A stretch of 64,000 nucleotides of DNA from an uncultured virus (IMG/VR IMGVR_UViG_3300027847_002832) (lineage: Duplodnaviria > Heunggongvirae > Uroviricota > Caudoviricetes). Below, in pieces: positions 19,261-28,099 of this stretch. Within the stretch, counting starts at the first letter, position 1; every line of letters begins with the position of its first letter. Where the stretch lies: IMG/VR virus record IMGVR_UViG_3300027847_002832. One strand, given 5' to 3'. The notes beneath the pieces were generated by a model. That model ran no database searches, had not been told where the DNA came from, and was given only the letters and a program-made list of their open reading frames with translations. The position numbers and the translations under genes were made by a program.

Positions 19261-19839
19261 TTACATTAAGAACATGTAGCCAAAGAATGCAAGTTGAGCA
19301 ACCAGAAGGACGCCCATAACTACGTTTGCCATTCCATCGCTTTTCTTTTTCTCAGCAACATTATTCTCGACAACAGATTGTGCATGGAACATAGGTTGTT
19401 TGTCCTCATGAACTACAGGGTGATCCATGTTGTCCATAAGAGCAGCCACGCCAGTAACAACACTGTCGGCTACAATCTGCCCAATCTCGTCTTTGCGAAC
19501 ATAGTCTCCATCAACAACTTTGTGATGATCCACTAGGCCAATGCGCTCACGCACTTGTAGTGGAACTTCTGGTTCGAGTGAACGAACTTCGATGTGAGAT
19601 ACTTCTCCATCTTTGATTGTTTCGTGAGTTTCCTTAGAGACAATTTGCTTGTGCTCTCGGATGATTCGCTTTTCCATTTTTAGCGGTCTTCGCTCTTCAG
19701 CGAAAATTTCAACTACTTCGTTGCCGCTATCATGTGATACATGACGTTCTGCTCTGCGTCCATCATCAAGAGTCAATTGTTTGACCTCTACATGGTCGCA
19801 GTCAGACTTGTTACAACAATTATTGTGATTATGAGACAT
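19261..19839 (-). CDS. Hypothetical protein with C-terminal transmembrane helix
   Basis: Ends VVMGVLLVAQLAFFGYMFLM; GGAGG RBS. Confidence 0.7.
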   Translation of the reverse strand: MSHNHNNCCNKSDCDHVEVKQLTLDDGRRAERHVSHDSGNEVVEIFAEERRPLKMEKRIIREHKQIVSKETHETIKDGEVSHIEVRSLEPEVPLQVRERIGLVDHHKVVDGDYVRKDEIGQIVADSVVTGVAALMDNMDHPVVHEDKQPMFHAQSVVENNVAEKKKSDGMANVVMGVLLVAQLAFFGYMFLM

Positions 19840-19930
19840 AAATCCCCTCCTATGGGTTCTAGCACTAGATGATTAACTGCACTCTATCTATGATTTTCAG
19901 CTTATTTTTTTTGGCAGCGATTTCGTTGTA

Positions 19931-20506
19931 TCAGAGACCCCATCTATTTTTAAGGTTTTCCCAAATGCTTCTTTTTTTTCTATCAATTGCTTCGCTTATT
20001 TCTATTTCTTCCACAGAAATGTCATCTTTGGCTCTAACTTTAGCCGCTTTATATAGTCTTTTGATCATGTCTTCCCATTCTGGAAATGGGGCGTAATTAT
20101 CAAGCTCTCCAGCAATTTCTTTGTAAACCAAAAACCCTCTGTAAGTTACTTCTAATTTATGACTACTGTGCCAATATTTTATTTCAAGGTGCATTCCACG
20201 GCTCAAGCCATCGAATACATAACCTTCTTCTTCAATGAAGTCACTGTTAGCTATTGGGAGTTCATCTTTGAATGCTAACGGTCCTTTTTGTCCACTGGCT
20301 GTAGTTGCAAATTCACTGTCTGTGAAATCTTCATAAGGATCTTCCAGAAAACTTATATCCATGAACCCACTGCCTTCTCGTATAATTGGGTGTCCAAGAG
20401 CTTTGGCAATCACTCCTAATCTTCCTGCTGGTCCCATGAAATTTTTCTTTGTGGCTTCAATTGTTCTTTTTTCTCGAATTGCATTTTCTTTTTGAGTCCA
20501 ACTCAT
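19931..20506 (-). CDS. Hypothetical protein
   Basis: 191-aa ORF with GAGG RBS. Confidence 0.7.
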   Translation of the reverse strand: MSWTQKENAIREKRTIEATKKNFMGPAGRLGVIAKALGHPIIREGSGFMDISFLEDPYEDFTDSEFATTASGQKGPLAFKDELPIANSDFIEEEGYVFDGLSRGMHLEIKYWHSSHKLEVTYRGFLVYKEIAGELDNYAPFPEWEDMIKRLYKAAKVRAKDDISVEEIEISEAIDRKKRSIWENLKNRWGL

Positions 20507-20552
20507 TTTGTTACCTCTCTTCTTAAGACTATATAGAATATGGAGGGTCTTA

Positions 20553-22061
20553 ATGAATTTACTTGATCAATTTAGAATATGTTGGATGCGGACCAAGGAA
20601 TGTGTGGCAGGTTGTTATGACAAATTTATGAATCTTATAGGATTTGAAAAAACAATGGACGCCAGCAAAAGAGTTGGCAGAAGATACAAACGCCGCCGAC
20701 CAGTGCCACGACCAGTATCAGCACCAGCACCAGTGCCCAATGCGAAGCTAATTCAATATGTCTTAAATGACATGACTACGCCTAACTTGGTTAAAAATAT
20801 ACCCCCACCGGTCATTCCTTCCAACTTGAAATTTACGGTTGTAAAATATAAAGGTGGAGGTTATCCACGAAGCTCAGTTGAGTCTCAAGCAGCCAACTGT
20901 CATGTTACTGTAGCCAATACAATCAATAACATTGCTAACCGTTTGTCTGGGAAAAAGATTCCAAGATGGGCTGGCACTCATAATTTGATCGTAAACCCAA
21001 GAGCAGGAAAAGACCTTAATGCTTTTTACAACAGAGCATCAATGCAGTTCTTTTATTATAACGATGTGTTTACTGCCGATTCATCGGACATTGTTGCTCA
21101 TGAATTAGGACATGCAATTTTAGATTCTTACAGACCTGACACTTGGGGAGCGGCCTCATTAGAAGTTTGGTCATTTCATGAAGCATTTGCTGACATGACA
21201 GCCATGCTTAACATCATGTCGCATGACGAAATTTTGCATTTTGCTTTAGTTCAAACAAATGGTGACATGAGAAAACCAAGTGTAATTACCAATCTAGCAG
21301 AACATGTTGGCCAAGCGATATTCAGAGTGACTGGGGCACAGAGTGGAAGAAACCCTCAATACCTAAGAAGCACGATCAATGACTTCAAGTATGTTAATCC
21401 GGGGACTCTTCCAAAAGCTGCACCACACCATAAACTGGCTGCTGAATGTCACAGTTTTGGTCGAGTTTTCTTGGGTGCTTTTTATGACATCTTCGTAATG
21501 GTTTATGAAGACACTGTTGCCAAGGGTCATGCTCCGTTTGAATCTATGAAACATGCCCGAGATGTTTTGGGAAGAAGAGTGTTTGCTGCTATTCAATCTG
21601 CACCTTTGAACGTGAAGTTTTATGAATCAATTGCAAAGACTATGCTCTGGGCAGAAAAGACAAAATTCAATAATGAATATCATGATCAAATAAGACAAAT
21701 CTTTTTTGACAGGAATCTCATGAGACCAGAAGTTAAGATGCTATCTGCTCCAGAATGTACCAATGATGAAGGAATCGTTTGTATTCAAAGTAAAATGAAT
21801 GTCAAGCTGGGCGATCATATGATGAGAGCACAATCAGACAATCCTTTGTACAATGTTGAAATTGAAATTCCTCATGACCAAGTGTACTTGTATGACAATG
21901 ACAAGAACATTTATGATTCCATTTTGATTTCCCAATCAGAATCATTAAGTGCTGCACAGGATGCTATCATTCATCTGCATGAAACTGGCGGCGTTGGAGA
22001 AGGAACCGACACACCATTTGAAATACAAAGTGGAAAACTTTGTCGTACACTTTTTGTTTAA
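20553..22061 (+). CDS. Zinc metalloprotease, gluzincin (M4/M36-like)
   Basis: NAFY, DIVAHELGH (HExxH), HEAFAD, ECH. Confidence 0.85.
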   Translation: MNLLDQFRICWMRTKECVAGCYDKFMNLIGFEKTMDASKRVGRRYKRRRPVPRPVSAPAPVPNAKLIQYVLNDMTTPNLVKNIPPPVIPSNLKFTVVKYKGGGYPRSSVESQAANCHVTVANTINNIANRLSGKKIPRWAGTHNLIVNPRAGKDLNAFYNRASMQFFYYNDVFTADSSDIVAHELGHAILDSYRPDTWGAASLEVWSFHEAFADMTAMLNIMSHDEILHFALVQTNGDMRKPSVITNLAEHVGQAIFRVTGAQSGRNPQYLRSTINDFKYVNPGTLPKAAPHHKLAAECHSFGRVFLGAFYDIFVMVYEDTVAKGHAPFESMKHARDVLGRRVFAAIQSAPLNVKFYESIAKTMLWAEKTKFNNEYHDQIRQIFFDRNLMRPEVKMLSAPECTNDEGIVCIQSKMNVKLGDHMMRAQSDNPLYNVEIEIPHDQVYLYDNDKNIYDSILISQSESLSAAQDAIIHLHETGGVGEGTDTPFEIQSGKLCRTLFV

Positions 22062-22070
22062 GGAGGAACT

Positions 22071-22376
22071 ATGAGTTGCAGAGGATGTGGCTCCAGTGGA
22101 TTTTCACCGGAATACAATAAGCAATTTAAGCCAGAGAACAATGCGGGTTGTGGGGTCTATGATCCAGAGACCTGTAACAAGCCCTCATTGGCCGTAGAAG
22201 GATCTGCGCTGTATGAATGGGAAAAGATACACGGCAGAGTGATTACTGTCATAGAACATATTTTGGGAGAAGATGGAAGATTCTTTCATACTTTTGAAAA
22301 AACCTTGTGTCCTTTGCCTGTTGAAAAAAGCGGACCAGTGAGATGTTGCTCTTTTCGATATAAAGTTGTTCGATAA
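22071..22376 (+). CDS. Small Cys-containing hypothetical protein
   Basis: AAGGAGG RBS; follows the metalloprotease. Confidence 0.65.
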   Translation: MSCRGCGSSGFSPEYNKQFKPENNAGCGVYDPETCNKPSLAVEGSALYEWEKIHGRVITVIEHILGEDGRFFHTFEKTLCPLPVEKSGPVRCCSFRYKVVR

Positions 22377-22466
22377 ATTTTTGGTTTTATTCTTTAAGGT
22401 ATTGCATTTTTCTTTAACTTCCTTCTAATATACTCCAATGTCTTAATTTCATCAGGAGTAAACAAC

Positions 22467-22736
22467 ATGTCTTATAAAATGCCAGATTGGATGGAAGAAG
22501 CTTATGCCTACAGTTACGATGACGAGGATAATCCGTACTACAATGATGACGATGATTATAATGATGATATCGTCATTGATGAGGAAGAGAATGACGATGA
22601 CGAGGAAGATTTAGTAGAAGATGATATAGAAGATGATATAGAATGGGATGATGAAGACGAAGATTTAGAAGACGATGATCTTCTTGATGAGGATGAAGAA
22701 GAAGATTTAGAAGACGATGATGATGATTGGGATTAA
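22467..22736 (+). CDS. Extremely acidic small protein
   Basis: About 60% Asp/Glu with spaced aromatic and aliphatic residues; AGGAG RBS. Confidence 0.7.
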   Translation: MSYKMPDWMEEAYAYSYDDEDNPYYNDDDDYNDDIVIDEEENDDDEEDLVEDDIEDDIEWDDEDEDLEDDDLLDEDEEEDLEDDDDDWD

Positions 22737-22966
22737 GCTTTCTTCATCATTTTCTTCATCATTCTACGATGTCTTATGTCTTCATAACCAGATGTAGCTG
22801 TTTTTACACTTGGTCTTATAGGCCCATCACCGCCTGTAAAATTAGCTCCCACTCCCTTTTTAGCGTCATCTCTGGCTCTAGCTTCCATATCCGCATGGGG
22901 ATCGTCAAGCGTGCCGCCGCCGCCCGGTGAGAGATTCTCTTGTTGTATCCATAATTTGAAGCGCAT
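22733..22966 (-). CDS. Small hypothetical protein, possible internal head protein
   Basis: N-terminus MRFKLWIQQE; basic C-terminus. Confidence 0.55.
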   Translation of the reverse strand: MRFKLWIQQENLSPGGGGTLDDPHADMEARARDDAKKGVGANFTGGDGPIRPSVKTATSGYEDIRHRRMMKKMMKKA

Positions 22967-22997
22967 AACACTCTATATATCACGAAGGAGAGTGATT

Positions 22998-23516
22998 ATG
23001 TGGAATGGCATATTAAAGATTATTGAAGTTAAGCACCTTGATGTTAATGGGTCTGTTCTCTGGGAAGACAATAACATCTATAACTTAATGCACCAAGATG
23101 GAGAAGAATACATCTTGAGAGCAGTGTTTACAGGTGGTCGTGTTAGTACAATTATCCCAGATTCCTATTATTTAGGTCTGGATAACAGATCATTGGTTTC
23201 AGTTGACAATACCATAGATGATCTTATTGGAGAACCGGGATCAAATGGATATGAAAGACAAGAAGTGAATTCATCTGGAGATTTTGCTATAAATTTTGAG
23301 GCAGATCATTTTATCGCCACAAGTCCTATTGTTGCTTTTAGAGCAACTGTTGGTAGCTGGGGGACAGTAAGTAACTTGTTTCTTTCTGACAAGTCAGATA
23401 ATAGTGGATTTCTTGTATCCACAGCTTCTTTAGGAACTGCTATCACAGTGGCTATTGGCGAGTCTGTAACAATGAGAATTGGAATGACTCTTAGAGATTG
23501 CCCTGATGGAACTTAA
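22998..23516 (+). CDS. Putative virion/tail-associated protein
   Basis: YYLGL...EPGSNGYERQ...WGTV pattern seen in phage tail-associated beta proteins; AAGGAG RBS. Confidence 0.55.
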   Translation: MWNGILKIIEVKHLDVNGSVLWEDNNIYNLMHQDGEEYILRAVFTGGRVSTIIPDSYYLGLDNRSLVSVDNTIDDLIGEPGSNGYERQEVNSSGDFAINFEADHFIATSPIVAFRATVGSWGTVSNLFLSDKSDNSGFLVSTASLGTAITVAIGESVTMRIGMTLRDCPDGT

Positions 23517-24001
23517 GAGATGCTTTCTGTTAAAGACTCCATTGACCCAATGTGAACAAAGTGCATGATATTTAATGTCTCATCTTCTTTGTGCGTTTTG
23601 TTGTGCTCTCTGTAATTGAGACTTGAAGATCCACCATCTTTAATATCAAGAAGGTTTTTTGAAGACACTTCTGTATCAAGGCTTTTGTACATTGCATTGA
23701 GTTTTTCTGGCTCTTTGAAACTTAAATGCCTCCAATCTTCATCAGATATAGATAACTTTTGTCCCGGTCTATTTGGCAAAGTTACTTCATATCCATTTTT
23801 CATGATTTGTATTGGCACATCTTTCTTGGGATTCTTTAAGTAGTATCGGCAAAATATCTCTTTGCCGGGTTCAGATGTGATGTTTTCCTTAAACCACACA
23901 GGAACAGAAACCCCCACGACTACTAGCTCTATCCCCTCATGAAGAGCATACCTTTGATCTCTTGTCAGAACAATGTTGTGTTGTATTGTTAATCTTATCA
24001 T
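23513..24001 (-). CDS. Hypothetical protein
   Basis: 162-aa ORF with GGAG RBS. Confidence 0.65.
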   Translation of the reverse strand: MIRLTIQHNIVLTRDQRYALHEGIELVVVGVSVPVWFKENITSEPGKEIFCRYYLKNPKKDVPIQIMKNGYEVTLPNRPGQKLSISDEDWRHLSFKEPEKLNAMYKSLDTEVSSKNLLDIKDGGSSSLNYREHNKTHKEDETLNIMHFVHIGSMESLTESIS

Positions 24002-24063
24002 TTGACTCCACCCTATATAAGAAACCTTAGTTTAACAAAAATGTATCCTCAATGGGAGGCCAA

Positions 24064-24987
24064 ATGCCAAATAAATTTCTCTTAATCAACACAGGTTTAA
24101 TGACTGTGTTGATTTGCATGATGCTTGTTGCCAAATACAGATCGCCAGACAAGCCCATTGCATATGATTTAAGAACATCTCCATGTGACAACATGCCTTT
24201 GATCGAAAACGATCCATTTGCCACATCCGCACATGGAGGCAAGCCCATTGAGCAACGTGATGCACAATATAGAAAGTGGCTTTCTAATGGATTGAAAATA
24301 TCTACAGGAAGTGCTTCTGGTTCAGGAACAATTGTTTATTACAATCCAGATGATGGTTGGGCCTACATGCAATCTTGCGGACACTTATGGAGCGGCAACA
24401 TGAGTGGCGAAGAAGGTAAAAGAAAAAACAGGACTTGTAAAGTAATCACTTGGTATCACAACAACAATAAACTAAATGACGAAAGATCATATAATGCCGA
24501 AGTTCTTTATTACAGCAACAGTGATGGAAGAGATGTTAGTTTGTTAAGATTTAAGCCAGATTGGATTCCTGAGTATCTTCCAATAGCCCCGGAAGAATGG
24601 AATTATAGAGAAGGACAAAGACTACACTCTGTTGGTTGTGATGGAGCAAGAGAAGTTGCTCATTATGACGTAGAGGTTGTTGGTCTTAGAGATGGACAAT
24701 GGCCCGATCTTGTAACAACAAGAAACAGTCCTCGACCGGGGCGATCTGGTGGTGGACTGTCAGATGAAAATTACTTCGTTGGCGTTTGTTGGGGAACGTC
24801 AGATTATTCTGGAAATGGAAACGGATACTTTACACCTTTGAAGGCAGTCCGTGCCTACAATGAAAGAAATGGATATGGTTGGCTAAATGATATTGGTCAC
24901 AGTTTGGCTCGACAAATTCCAATTCGAGATAGAAACAATCCTCAAGGAAAGTATCCTAAAAATTATATTCCTCTTCCAGTTAGGTAA
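24064..24987 (+). CDS. Membrane-anchored or secreted trypsin-like serine protease
   Basis: N-terminal hydrophobic helix; GSGT, SCGH (His), DVSLL (Asp), PGRSGGGL (Ser). Confidence 0.85.
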   Translation: MPNKFLLINTGLMTVLICMMLVAKYRSPDKPIAYDLRTSPCDNMPLIENDPFATSAHGGKPIEQRDAQYRKWLSNGLKISTGSASGSGTIVYYNPDDGWAYMQSCGHLWSGNMSGEEGKRKNRTCKVITWYHNNNKLNDERSYNAEVLYYSNSDGRDVSLLRFKPDWIPEYLPIAPEEWNYREGQRLHSVGCDGAREVAHYDVEVVGLRDGQWPDLVTTRNSPRPGRSGGGLSDENYFVGVCWGTSDYSGNGNGYFTPLKAVRAYNERNGYGWLNDIGHSLARQIPIRDRNNPQGKYPKNYIPLPVR

Positions 24988-24988
24988 T

Positions 24989-25020
24989 AAAAAAAGCCCG
25001 GCAATGCCGGGCTTTTCTTT
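24989..25020. terminator. Bidirectional Rho-independent terminator
   Basis: AAAAAAGCCCGGCA-A-TGCCGGGCTTTT between convergent genes. Confidence 0.88.
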
Positions 25021-25029
25021 TAACATCTG

Positions 25030-25368
25030 TTACCGATGATTTCGGTGATGTGGATTGTAGTAACGACTGTTATGTCGCTGATACGGATTGTAATGATTGC
25101 TGTGCCGTTGGTACGGATTATAGTAACGGATGCTTTGCCGTTGATATGGGTTGTAATATCGATAACTGTTATGTCGTTGATATTGATGACCCTGATTCAA
25201 ATGCAAGCCTAAACTTCCATTACGATGTTGGTGTAAATCAATATGAAATCCATAAGGATTTCCAAAACTGATATGACTACGAGAATGATGTGGACCAGCA
25301 GCATCAACTGTATTGACACTGAAAGCCATCAATCCCGCAACTGCAAATAATGCAAAAATTTTATACAT
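25030..25368 (-). CDS. Secreted His/Tyr-rich protein with YNPYQR repeats
   Basis: Signal-peptide-like N-terminus; four YNP(Y/H) repeats. Confidence 0.7.
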   Translation of the reverse strand: MYKIFALFAVAGLMAFSVNTVDAAGPHHSRSHISFGNPYGFHIDLHQHRNGSLGLHLNQGHQYQRHNSYRYYNPYQRQSIRYYNPYQRHSNHYNPYQRHNSRYYNPHHRNHR

Positions 25369-25400
25369 TTTTACCTCTCTTTAATTGTTAATGGGACATC

Positions 25401-26393
25401 TTATGTATGCTTGCTTGAACAAGCATCAAAAACTTCTTTAGAACGACTCAACAGAACTTCTTGAGCACTTTCTACATTTTCTGGATTACCAGCCCATTCT
25501 CTTAAAGCTGGGCCTTGAAGTGCTCGACCATAAGAGTATGTGATTCTCCATGGATGGCATGTGGCATTCATCAATCTTAGATGCTTAACAGCACTATCGT
25601 CAGGTTGTCCACCCGACAAGAATGCAATGCCCGGCACTGAGGCTGGAACGCAATTGTATAGAGTCCCCAAAGTGTAATCTGCTGCTTCTGCGAATTTGCC
25701 TTCTCCGGGGCCTTGAGCGACTTCGTGATCATAGCCCCAGAGGACCATATTTGGCTTCAGAATGATTCCTCTAAGATCGACGCCCTGCCAGTGCAAAGCA
25801 TCAAAAGTGGCGTGTAGAGCGGCTTCTGTGGCCGTTCGTGCAACTTCTATGTGATGTCCGCCATCCATAAGCACTTCAGGCTCGACAATGGGCACTAGAC
25901 CGGCTTCTTGGCACAATGCGGCATATCTTGCCAAAGCATGAGCATTGGCCTGTACGCAGGCCACAGAGGGTATTACATCGAGGACAGCACGCCACTTGGC
26001 AAACTTTAGGCCCATGGCTGCGTATTCAGCCAGACGCTCTCTGAGGCCGTCTAATCCTTCTGTGACTTTCTCCCGAGGGTAGTTGGCAAGCACCTTGGCA
26101 CCTGCATCAACTTTGATTCCGGGAATTATGCTCTTTTCGGCGAATACTTCATGAACTCCTATGCCACCGGCAGTAGTTCTTACAATGTCATCTGACAAGA
26201 TAACGCCAGATATGTATTTCTCCAAATTTTCTGTGGTTGCTAGAATCTGACGCCATTCCAATCTTCCTTTTGCTTTTTCTGTTGGAGCAACATCAATAGA
26301 CTCCAGACGTTTATTCATTGTTCCGGCACTCTCATCAGCAGCGAGAATACCTTTTTCAAGAATCGCTTTTGCTAGTTCATGTAATTTACTCAT
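25401..26393 (-). CDS. Class I fructose-bisphosphate aldolase
   Basis: KGILAADES, GIKVD, FAKWRAV, LVPIVEPEV, LKPNM (Schiff-base Lys), FLSGGQ, SYGRALQ. Confidence 0.95.
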   Translation of the reverse strand: MSKLHELAKAILEKGILAADESAGTMNKRLESIDVAPTEKAKGRLEWRQILATTENLEKYISGVILSDDIVRTTAGGIGVHEVFAEKSIIPGIKVDAGAKVLANYPREKVTEGLDGLRERLAEYAAMGLKFAKWRAVLDVIPSVACVQANAHALARYAALCQEAGLVPIVEPEVLMDGGHHIEVARTATEAALHATFDALHWQGVDLRGIILKPNMVLWGYDHEVAQGPGEGKFAEAADYTLGTLYNCVPASVPGIAFLSGGQPDDSAVKHLRLMNATCHPWRITYSYGRALQGPALREWAGNPENVESAQEVLLSRSKEVFDACSSKHT

Positions 26394-26884
26394 TTTGCCG
26401 CTTTCTGATATTTTTTGATGTCGAGCCATTGAATAGGTTTCGGACCAAATCCACCAACGTAGTAGATGTCCGTAATTTCTAGCCGGTACATGCTGAAGTC
26501 ATGAAACTGTTCAAAAATCTTGGCTTCAGGGAATCTCTTAAAGTAAAGCTTTCTGGCTTCTTCAAGTTCCTTTTTTGGAACTAAAACCATTTTCCCTATC
26601 AATGTCAATCTAGGATTATCAAACTCAACTTCTTTTGTTGGCTCGGTAACAAAGATGCTGGCTTGAGAATTCTTCTTGATGTTTTTCGTATGAACAGCCA
26701 AGTCACTTAAGAAAACAATTGGACGACCAAGATCATCCAGTGCATATGGCATCATAGACCCAAGTGGTCCATTCTTATGTGTTGTAGAAGCTGTTCCAAC
26801 TTTTGTGTCGCTGACCAACTTAAAGGCCAACTCTTCTGCTGTGGGTTCTGCCGCCAGCAGTGCAGCAATAAATAGAAATATCAT
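26390..26884 (-). CDS. HugZ/pyridoxamine 5'-phosphate oxidase-like split-barrel protein
   Basis: P.GS..PYA, LSDLAVHTKNI, PRLTLIG, HDF..YRL, YYVGGFG; start ATG 26884 with AGGAG. Confidence 0.85.
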   Translation of the reverse strand: MIFLFIAALLAAEPTAEELAFKLVSDTKVGTASTTHKNGPLGSMMPYALDDLGRPIVFLSDLAVHTKNIKKNSQASIFVTEPTKEVEFDNPRLTLIGKMVLVPKKELEEARKLYFKRFPEAKIFEQFHDFSMYRLEITDIYYVGGFGPKPIQWLDIKKYQKAAK

Positions 26885-27120
26885 GATACTCCTTTCCTGC
26901 TTAATTTTCTGTTCAACCAATAATTTCCACATCTTGGATCTTTCGGCCAAACCTTTATGAATGTGGTCCACCATGAATGATCCATCTCCATCCAAACCAC
27001 TTGGTCTTTCTCAGGTGGTTCAACAAACCTATCCAACGACACTCTTCTGCTTCCTTTGCTGTAAAGCACAGCAGAGTCTTCGTCTACCCACAGAACATAT
27101 GCCGATTCAAATACCATCAA
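26881..27120 (-). CDS. Hypothetical protein
   Basis: Overlaps both neighbours in ATGA fashion. Confidence 0.6.
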   Translation of the reverse strand: MMVFESAYVLWVDEDSAVLYSKGSRRVSLDRFVEPPEKDQVVWMEMDHSWWTTFIKVWPKDPRCGNYWLNRKLSRKGVS

Positions 27121-27956
27121 AATCCTAGTTTGGTTAGGTCGCCATCAAAAGCGTCTTGTGCTTTAGATGTAGGAGTGTAGAAAGGACACATATTTCTGTA
27201 ATCACAAAATTTGCAGTGCCATCCTACTTTTCCCCACACTTGATCAGCGTCAGCTTCTCCAATCGTTATGTGAGAATTATGTAAATCTTTCTCGACATCT
27301 TCTAATGATTGTTCGCTGTACTGACAAGCGATGAGGTTTTCTCCCTCAAGATAAAAGAGTGCTGCTTTGATGTTTTCTGCTTTGATGTCGAACTCACGTT
27401 GAACAACTCGGGAGTACATTCTCAACTGCAAATCTGTTTTGACAGTATCTTTGTTGACTCTCCATTTTCCCTTTTTCGTTGTTTTGTAGTCGATGATGAA
27501 CGCTTTGCGATCAGCCCCTTCTCCTTTAATGATCAGACGGTCAAGAAAACCTTTTGCAAATTTTTCATTTGGGGCATCGAGATCGTAGTAGAAAGGATGT
27601 TCTGTAATGCCGTCTGTCCCAATTTTGTCTGTCAGATTCTTGACAGCTTTAAGATGTTTGGGAAACTTCTTTTCGTAGTCGGCTGGCATTTCTGAGATGG
27701 GGCACATGATCTCTTTTCCATCATGAACCTCGTATACGATCTTTCCTCGAAGCAAATCTTTTGCGATGTCGCCAATGTTGTCTTCGCCATTTCTTTGCAC
27801 ATAAACTTCAGCAATGCGGTGGACAACAGAGCCGTAAGTAAAGTAAAATGGCTCTTCGCCGGGTCGAGGAACTTTAAGATGGTATCTGAATTTGTACTGT
27901 TGGGCACAAGTATCGTAACATTTTTTGCGGCTGACGCTGATGTGGTTAATGATCAT
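27117..27956 (-). CDS. Cas4/RecB-like PD-(D/E)XK exonuclease with Fe-S cysteines
   Basis: N-terminal Cys, GFLDRL, IIDYKT, QLRMY, C-terminal CKFCDYRNMC. Confidence 0.9.
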   Translation of the reverse strand: MIINHISVSRKKCYDTCAQQYKFRYHLKVPRPGEEPFYFTYGSVVHRIAEVYVQRNGEDNIGDIAKDLLRGKIVYEVHDGKEIMCPISEMPADYEKKFPKHLKAVKNLTDKIGTDGITEHPFYYDLDAPNEKFAKGFLDRLIIKGEGADRKAFIIDYKTTKKGKWRVNKDTVKTDLQLRMYSRVVQREFDIKAENIKAALFYLEGENLIACQYSEQSLEDVEKDLHNSHITIGEADADQVWGKVGWHCKFCDYRNMCPFYTPTSKAQDAFDGDLTKLGF

Positions 27957-28099
27957 TGGCTCTTCCTTCGATGATTATGTTGGTTAAAGATGCTAGATTT
28001 TCTTGCATCTCGGCTTTCATCTTTACTTATCGCAGAAAAACGGGTAAAACACAAGCTGAACTTTAAGTAACTTTAAGGATTTGCAGAGGGAACTTACAG

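Noticed and set aside
25075..25175. Repeats in the YNPYQR gene as a mini CRISPR array or DGR repeat
   Set aside because: Imperfect in-frame coding repeats without unique spacers; no reverse transcriptase in the window.
27117..27140. C-terminus LTKLGF as a member of the WxKEGF family
   Set aside because: Lacks the invariant Trp; may be coincidence.
27117..27956. Cas4-like gene as evidence of a CRISPR-Cas system
   Set aside because: No repeat-spacer array or other cas genes seen; stand-alone Cas4-like nucleases are common in phages.
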